From Acanthaster planci (lineage: Eukaryota): a stretch of 64,000 nt of DNA. Location: NCBI RefSeq assembly GCF_001949145.1, contig NW_019091359.1, forward strand, positions 3,450,431 to 3,514,430, read 5' to 3'. The position numbers and the translations under genes were made by a program. Shown piece after piece: positions 50,200 through 59,300 of the stretch. Numbering within the stretch: the first letter of the stretch is position 1; each line of letters opens with the position of its first letter. Under the pieces are notes generated by a model. The model was not told where the DNA came from. It searched no databases and was given only the letters and a program-made list of their open reading frames with translations.

Positions 50200-51400
50200 G
50201 CCATTACAGAAATGCTGAAAGACACGAATTCGGGACTGAGAACATTTACCGATGTTGTTGGGAATTACCTAGAAAATTCTTTTCACCCCCATAGACGTTG
50301 TACACAACTGCTGAAGTGGAGTCAGGATGCAACTTTTTTCCACGTTGGGCTGGTTAACGTTACACACTTTTATTCCTCCAGCAGCGCAAAACGAACGGGC
50401 AAAGTTGGAACATGTGACACTGACAGGTAGCTACTCAAGAAACCGAAGACGCCTCTAAGCTTAGCTAATTGTTGGGGCGTAATAAGGTAACTGAAGGAGT
50501 AATGCATTAACGAAGTAAAGATCTCCTCAAGTCTGTACACCACGAGAGTCTTTCCAGCATGGGATCCACTTGGCGTGCTGCGCGATGCGCTTGCGAATTG
50601 CTGCCGCTGACTTCCTAGATCCTGCGCTGTATCCTGTTTTGCGTTGCGACATTTAACCCTGACGTCTTGGGGACGGCCCCTCATTGGCTGAATTGGCTCT
50701 CAGGCGGATAATACTAAAATGCGCTGATCACGTTTTTCAGTAAATGAGCAATTGCTTAAAAAAGTCGTTAACAAATCACTAAATGATTCATATGTAAAAT
50801 TTTAATTTATAGCGAAAACAGAAATGATACAAGTGTGTAGTCTACCTCCATGATACAAGGTTGTACGTAGGCCAATTTTTATTTTTTTTCTGGCAGAGTG
50901 CCGCGGTATTCGAAAGTAGACGACGTTTGATTGAGGACTCCGTACTACTTACAAAAAGTCTGGCGCTTCTACAAATCGCACGTAAGACTCTAACGTTAGT
51001 CGTATAAGTACCAGACTCCCTAAACATACGTGTAATAAATTGGTGTGTACGTGCCCGGGCAAAGCTGTCAACATTCACGTGCGCGGGTGGCATCGAGGGG
51101 TTGATTTCAGTCGTTTTATTTACGCTTTGACCTCGTGAATAGCATTGATTACGGCGCACCTCAAGGCTTCAGTAGGTTTAATAATTTTCTAGTTTAATAA
51201 TCTGATGTCTTTATGGAATTGAAAGGCCGCGGCCGCGGTGTATCATCAGTTTATTTTTCTGAACCCGGTCGTCAGTACTAAGTAGGGTTTCCTTCATCGT
51301 CATGCCAGAATGTGAGAAAACCTGCCGCGTGCGTTGGCTGGCAAAGACAAGCGGTAGTGACTGGTGTTGTCAGTTATGGCGCTTATTCAAGCGTGTCAAA
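50200..51400. promoter_or_regulatory. probable bidirectional promoter and non-coding first exons of IRAK4 (-) and gene 3 (+)
   Basis: Visibly CpG-rich relative to the CpG-poor gene bodies; two minus-strand CCAAT boxes at ~50683 and ~50692; minus-strand donor TCG|gtaaat at 50250 could pair with the acceptor at 49791; both genes have acceptors upstream of their ATG. Confidence 0.65.
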
Positions 51401-51740
51401 TTTTAACTTAAGCTAGAAGTACATGCATGTATATTGGCAGTCCTCGCACTTTTTGTTGTTTAACTTCAACTACCAAAAGTTGTAAATTGGCAAGAATTTC
51501 ACACTAGTCTAGTCAGGTGCTAGTGTAGCAGGCCTGAACTTATGGTACGGTCTACATGTGTCTCAAAACTGTGCACATGGCTCGGGCCCAGGCTAGGCTA
51601 AAAAGGAAGATTTCCCTAGGCTGCAAAGGTAATTTGGATTGATGAATACCATGTACAAAGATGAAATGTTAATTGATATAATGGGTTTTGCCCTTACTCA
51701 ACGTATATATTAATAAACACTGTATGCTCAGTGCTTGTCC

Positions 51741-51812
51741 GAGAGCTTGCGAAAAAAGTCACAAGCTTACTTGGGTGGGACTCGAACCAATGACCTCCTG
51801 CTTACTAGTGCC
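51741..51812 (-). mobile_element. tRNA-derived SINE head fragment
   Basis: Minus strand reads ..gcactagtaagcaggaggtcattGGTTCGAGTCCcacccaagtaagc..; B-box present, 5' half and A-box truncated, no full cloverleaf. Confidence 0.55.
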
Positions 51813-53237
51813 ATGGAGGAAGGAACACAGACGTTGAATGTTGTTGTTGAATAAAACAAACATACATGTATGAAACTTTGTTTAGAGGGTCCTAAAAGTA
51901 GGAATTACCGAGTATCAAAGTTACCTGGTCCTCGTCATGCTGGTTAGTCTGTTAATTACTGTTAATGAAGAAGGTTCCTGAACCATTTAAGGTTTTTTAA
52001 GGGATTGATTTGCTCCACAACTTTACATGACTTGAGCCCAACAAAGCACTGACATGACTGACATGCACGTAACTGAATTCCAGACACATAAGCCTTTTCA
52101 CAAATACTGTATGAGTAATTTTGTATAGGCCTAATGGTAGAAAGGCATTATGGGAAGGCAAAAGGTTCAATGTTTGCTCGTTTTTCCTTCACCCATGCAG
52201 TATTTGTGATAAGGCTTATGACAGTATAGGTAATCATGATAGTGTTTAGAATTCAGTCATGTCAAATTTTTTTTTATATAACTTAAAAGAGTTGAGAAAC
52301 ATGAGGCTATTTAGGCTAAGCTCTCCGATTGTGTATCTGCTTTGAGCAGAAGCACCCTGTCATCAGTCAGAAAGAGTCATGTGGCCAGGAGTGTTCATTT
52401 TACTAGAGGTGTTCATTTCACAGTCGTTGGTGAACAAGTGCATATCCAACCAAAGGAGCCTCCGTTGCTATGAAAATTGTGCCCTTTCTTGGTCTAGCTT
52501 GGCTCATTCTGTCAGCCTCCTCACATAGTTTTGCAGTCTTCTAAACCTTTTATGGTTCAAAATCTACTAATTCAAAATTTACTGTAAAAAGTGACATTCT
52601 TATTCAAGACTGTCCGAAGAAGTACACACGATTCATGTTTGATGCCCCTGCTCACTTCATTTGAGGAGGTTTCCTGTTGAATTGTTTTCTTGCCTGTACA
52701 ACTGGAGCAACAACATAAAGAATACCAAAAAAGTTGACCAATCTACGTGTATCTGAAAGTAAAATGTTGGAACTTTCAACTTTAGATGGGCAGTCATTTT
52801 CCACCCCCATGTAGTCATCTATGTTGATCTCTGAACATGTGTAACATCCAAGTGTTTGGCTATGGTTGGAGATGTGCAGGCAGCTATGGAAGCATCAGTG
52901 TTTGTATTTCTTGTGAAACTATGCCATAACCAACCATAACAAAATACAACAAACTTAAACTATTAATTTTTTTATCCAACACGTCTCTTTCATTTTTTGT
53001 GTCTTTTTTGGTAATTTAAATGAAAGATGTCTACGTAAACATGTACCTTGAAAATGATTCTTTTTAGAAACTGGGACACTGAATTCATCAATTGCTTTTA
53101 CTTTTCACACTGGTAGTAGGCTAAATATTTAAGTTTCTTCAACATCATTAGTTAATTTCCCTTTGATTTATCCTTCTTTCATATTTCTTAGAGAATGGTC
53201 CTTCATCAAGTGACATAAACGGAGAAGGTCCTTCACA

Positions 53238-53373
53238 ATGTCAGTGCAGTTACAAGAAGAGCTAAGTAGATCAAGCATGACCCAACATGCAGTTCAGACT
53301 CTTCAGAGTGAACTGTCTGATAAGTCTGAATCACCACCTACATGTACTTGTTCTTGCAGTGGCCAGGAGTTAG
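53238..53373 (+). CDS. gene 3 first coding exon (acceptor at 53192, ATG 53238)
   Basis: tttcttag| ... tag|gtaatt, phase 1. Confidence 0.75.
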
Positions 53374-56300
53374 GTAATTACCCTGTCCTTCTTGTAGACA
53401 GTCTATTCATAGAAACGTCTTGACTCTTCCTCATTTTGGATATTCGTCTGTAGGTGGTTAAACTTTAATAGTTCATTTAAATATTGATTGAAAACTCGGC
53501 TTGTATGCCAGTTTGAAATCAAGATGTGTATGTGGGAGAAAGGGGGAGTTACATGTAGATTTGATATGATTACACTCTACATTAAGAAGGCAAATTATGA
53601 CACCTACAGCCAGTTTTATGAAACTTGATGTAACTCTGCACTATAGATAAACCTTACTCTAGAAATGCTTGATGTAGTACTTGCAGTCAATTTTACAAAG
53701 AATCACTTATGTGTTTGTCAGCAGTCATTTAACAAATGTTAACATTGCTCCACCGGCCATTTTGAAAACATCTTTTGTCTTTCCTTGTTGGAACTGTGCA
53801 GAAAATCTAGAAGTTCTCTCACGGCCAAACAAGTTTTCCATTACCCCCAAAACCAGTTGTACATATTTCATATAAGTACTGTTGAGTTTAGCAAAGATGA
53901 GCCTAGCCAAACATAATTAGTTTGTAGAATTGTTCATTTTTGATTTTGTAAGCACAACTTACTCTGCCAACAATGATTGTGGAAGTTAAGCCATAAGTTG
54001 CAGTGCAGGTTGTGGACTTGGGAAATTTGTCATAATTTATTGTGCAACTTATTTGATAAAATGTGGCTTTAGTTAAACTTTCTAAATTAAAGCTTTCAGC
54101 CCGATTTCTTTTGCAAACATCAATGGATATGGGTCATTCCATGAAGTTCGGGTGCAGTTTGTGACGGCGTCCCTTGTTACATCGGTAACTTTATTGCGCA
54201 TTATTTTCACATTACAACAGATTAAGTCATTGTTATTCGGCAAAGATGAAGCACACCACTACAAGAACCTAGCAAGATTTAGAACAATGTCAATTTAGAA
54301 TCCACATGCACAATCCAGAAGCACAACCTTATTGGTTGGAAAGAGCCACATTGGTCAAAAGCATTCATTTTGTTGGTAGTGATGTGACTGCTATGCTTGC
54401 ATAGCCTAGTCGTTTGTGACCCAGCGATGGGCAGTTAGTACCAAAGGAGCCTCTATTGCTGAGGAAATACTGCCCTCTCTTGGTCCAGCTTGAGGCCATA
54501 ATTGAACCAGCCCAACTGTAGTACTATAGCTGGAACTACAGCAGTCCCAACTGCAAATGGTCCGAACTATAATTGGGACAGATGCTATGGTTCAGGTGTA
54601 ACAATAACACTTCCTGACATACCTGAATTTGTTCTTTGCGTTACTACTGACTGATATATTTTCATATGGAGAGAGGTGTCTGCATACATCAGGAGGGGAA
54701 AATCTTTTTTTGGACTGTCATATATAGAACACAATGTAATTTGCAATCCTGACCCGTAGGCTGTACGTTATTGTAGCTCTGAGGGAGACAATTTGTAGTT
54801 GATCTTCTCACTTTTTTCTTCTAGATGGCAAAGTCCTAGATGTCAGTACTGCCAGCCCCTCACCACCAGCAGCTCATCACATGACTCTGTCGCAATATGT
54901 GAAAGCCCTCCTAGAGGAAGGCCTATATGAGAAGGCCCTTTCACTAGCTTATGACTGCTATCATGATCCAGAGCTGTGTGAAGACTCAATGTTTCTGGAG
55001 ACAGCTCTTGTGCTGTTTACAAACATGGAGAAGCTAGATATGATGTGGACTGAGGTGAGATGTCTTGTGACTTAGAAAAATAGGATATTTTGGAGACTAA
55101 AAATCATGGTAATGGGTTTAAGCTTTCCAAATAACTGTAAATTAAAATGATTAGTTTCATTCAGAAGAAGTGAAATCAGAGGGATTAGTTTTTGACAACA
55201 GATTGGAGGAAGTTACACTTGTCTTGAATGTTACCTACAGTGAACTCTCATTAACACAAAATTAGTTAACTTGAAAGTTGTTTGTCTCAAAAATAGAATG
55301 AGTTATCGTGCACATGGACACCTTTGCAGCTTAACCACATTGCGCTGGGGGGCATATATGAATGTCGATACTGCTGGGACGGGATCTTTTTCATTTTTTT
55401 CTGTTTTCAAAATTCTTGAAGAATTCATAACTTCATTTACTGGACACTTACACCCACACAAAGGACTGTCTGGTTAATATTCTAATCTGACAGACAACAG
55501 CTATTGACGTTAAGAGTATTTCAGCCAGGCCTGCCGCCTTGTAAAAAGAGCCCAGATTGTGCGGTGATTATGTACTTTCTTTTGTTCATGAAACTGGCAC
55601 TGCGCTGCTGACCAATTTTCAATAGGGGCCAGATTAGCATGCAGCGGTGCTGTGTGGCTCATCGCTGCGGTGGTGGAGAGCTTTTGTCTCTGGTGGTAAT
55701 CCGCTCGCCCTGAATGCCCCAAACAGTGGTGTACTGTTTCAAAACAAGGCTGGATTTTCTCCCCTGTTGACGGTGAAAAAATGTTGGTAATTCCTAGCAG
55801 CCTTGGCTTTTGTTATGAGTACGGTATTTTGTTACAAGGCCCAGTTCTCTTTGTCTGATTTCGGAGACTTTGGCTATGCATATAAAGAATACGTGCCCGA
55901 AACCGGGCTCCTCAGCGGTAAGTGGTTAAAATGGTCACATTGGTACCTCAGTTTAACTCAAAGATTCGTTCAGCTAATATAAAAAGAAATCTCCACTGAA
56001 GCAGTCATAAATTAACCTAATTCTTCTGTACCTCTAGCTCACCCCACGCAGGATGTGTTGAGAATGTCAAATAGCTTCAGGGTAGCCAAAGTGTGGGCTC
56101 CATGACCATGACTTGTGGGTATGATAGTGTACACCTGGTAGCAGTTTTTCTGTTAATTTCTTTGTTTCTCAGGTCAAGCAGCTGGATTCCATGACACATG
56201 TGTATCCTGCAGCTAAGTCACTTAGCCAATATTACAAGCCAGCTGCCTTACTGACTGCAGAAATGTTGCTGTGTAAAGAATGGTGCGGTAAGGATCCATA

Positions 56301-59300
56301 TTTGTGGGAAGTCTCACACGTTACACGTCTTACATGGTCTGAGGGTTCATCAAGAATATTTGTTACCCTTTTTTTTTCTTTGGAGCCCGTTGAGGGGAGC
56401 GAGTTGCCAGAAAAGCTTCCTAGCCTGTGAATGTACACTTACATACAGAGAATCTTACTGTGGTGGTTGTCCATATCTATCAAATCTATTAGTAGAGTCC
56501 AGCTTCAAATTAGTTTATTTGAGACTACAAGTTTCTTTCTTTGTTTCAAAGAACGTTTGAGACATTACAAAAGAGTAACACCCTTTCAAAAATTGGTGAT
56601 ATTGCTCAAGAATTGTGAAAACAGTACAGAGAAAAGCTCTCTGTTTGCCTGTTTGAACATAGGAAAATTATTGTCGGATCTGTGGAACTAAATCTTTGAA
56701 TTTTTCCCTTACCTGTAGGTGAGGAGACTATCTCTTTAAGTGACCTCCGAAAAGTCACAACCCTGTGGGTGAACCTCCTGTGGGCTCAGTGTAATCACAA
56801 CATTCAAACCTTTCAAACAAAGGCCTTGCGAATTGGAAAACTGATCGTCCATGAACCCACCTTTGTCTTGACTCTGGTCAAGATTATTCATGCTGAGGTA
56901 AGGACTAATCCGACTTCTTGTGATGAAACTGTATACATGCAGCTGGGTATGGGGAGACAAGATAATAGATGGGAAAAACGGAGGTCCAAGTATTAAAAGA
57001 AATTAAAACAAGGGCCAATATCAAAGTCCTACTAAGAAAAGAACACTTTGTTGCTATACAAGCCTCTTCATGTTGATTTCAAGTCATGTTTATTTCAAGC
57101 ATTAAGCATAGCAAGAAGCACATATGCAACCACAGTAGCAGGTTTTGTCAAAACCTGCCGTAAGAGAAGAAATCTTCGTGACTTTTTATGAGAGCTCCAG
57201 TGTAGGGAACTAAATAATAATCTATAATATCTTTGTTGGTGGGGGGATAGTAGAGTCCATCACAAGTCCCTTCACATGTTCTGTCACAAGTCCCCTCATT
57301 ACAAGTGATTAGTTACAGGTGAACAGCGACACTAAAAGAACTCTTTTGTCACAGTTCATTTGAATAGCTTGTAATCTTGACCTGGCTTTTGATGAATTGG
57401 ACTATAACACTGTTAGAAAGTTTTTACCGTGACATAACATTGTGCCCATCATCGCCCTCTAAGATCATGAGATCCGTCGTAGAAGTGAAAACTAAGGTCT
57501 CCAATGACAAGGAGTAATGAAATGGAAACGAGAAAGTAAATAGGCATTCTTTTTGTTCTAGGATTTGTTTGTCTGTAGGTGTGTGTACAGCTTCACTAAA
57601 TCGGAAATAGTGATTTGTGGATTACTTGATATTTATTTTCTCTTTCCGGAAAAAGGGTCTGCAAATATGTTGATCTTGAGAACTTAAATCTCGTAGATCA
57701 AAATGAAATGTAAATTACTGGAAATCATTCCTGTCTTTTATTGCAGATAACACAGAAGGTACATTTTACCTTTTCTACTTAGCATTTCAAATTTGCACCT
57801 TGAATGAACCCTCCTTCTGCTGTAACTGTCAATGACAGTCAAAAATTCCTTCCACTTGATTTACCCCAGGATAGGACAACTGTGTCAAAAATGTAACTTC
57901 GCATGGGAGGGTTTATGTGTGTCATTGGATTGTAAGAATGGACGTACCAGGAGCTTGGCCATGTTTGTATGTTCTTTTATTTTCAGGTTGGAAAGCATTC
58001 TTTGGTTATCTGTGTCAACCTGTGTTTGATGGCTCTCCAGCAACCTGTGAAAGATCCACAGAATAATCTGGTCAATGCTAGCCGTATTGACACCAACAAC
58101 TCAGCCCTTTGCTACCTGCTGTCGGAGTTGTTAATTGGAGACACCAGTTTGAAGCAGTTGTGCCTGCTAACGGCATTCACAATCACCCCAACCAAAGAGT
58201 TATTCACTGATTTGGACAAGCTTTATAAGTCAGGAGAAATCAGGGTTCCTGTTGTGCCTCTCTTGCCATCCTGTCTGAGTTGCGTCTTGGTTCACGGCAT
58301 GTATAGTCTTCTCCCTAGCACCATCTCTCCTTTGGTGGAGTGGAAACAGTTGCGAGGAAAATGTCTGAAGTACCTGCACAGTAGTACAGTACTTAATGTG
58401 CAGCTCAAGGAGCCAAACAGAGTAATGACGATCAAGGTGTTTGTGAAGGAAATGGGTTCGGATGACAGTGAGGATGAAGAAGGGGAGAAACCGGCAGAAC
58501 TGGCCACAGAGACTGAGGAATTCTCTGAGAAAGCAGAGCAAAGTCCTGTCATAGCACATACAGAATGGGAACTGCAATGGTTATCTGATATGATGTCACT
58601 TGACATGACCTGGCAACCACACTGGGTCACCAATGATGACCAACCATCAATATCCGGCTCTACAGACCCTGCAACAAGCTGTCCTCAACACAGTGAGCTG
58701 AGTGCTGGCGCTGATCTTGTTCAAACTCAGGAGGATGTACCGCCATGTAAGGTAGTGCTTTGTAATTCCAACGATACCCTCTTTAGCCATTACCATCTGT
58801 TGGAGAACAGACCTAAGGATGAAACATTGATTCAGCCAGTGGAGGAGGAATCCTCAGCTTCATTAGGGACAGCATTGCAAGAGGACCATGCTTATAGCCT
58901 TCCTCCTTGCTGTGAAGATAAACAGAAACCCACCGAGGAGTTGGATCCCAAACTGAGCAATGCTGAGAAGCAGGATGCAGTGAGAACTTTCGATGTTGTA
59001 CAGGTATCAAGTGATCAGGAACATAACCAAGACGTTGAGGTGACGTGGGACACTGAAGATGTTCAACTTGCATCAGGCGTGCCAGTTGAGAAAAGTTTGC
59101 AAAATTATGATATGAGCAGTTGTGAAGCAGTGTTTTGTTCTGACAAGCAAGGCCATAAAGTCCCCACCACGGGTGAAAAAGGGCTTGATGATCTAGCATC
59201 TGAGCTTAAATGTTTTGAAGGGCCAGATAACCTTGATAAGCCGTCAGTCGATGGCGGTGACCTTGCGGTTCATCAAAACTTTTTAGCTGATCTCAAGGAT

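Noticed and set aside
51741..51812. tRNA gene
   Set aside because: Only the T-arm/B-box half is present, with no acceptor stem or D-arm; better read as a SINE fragment
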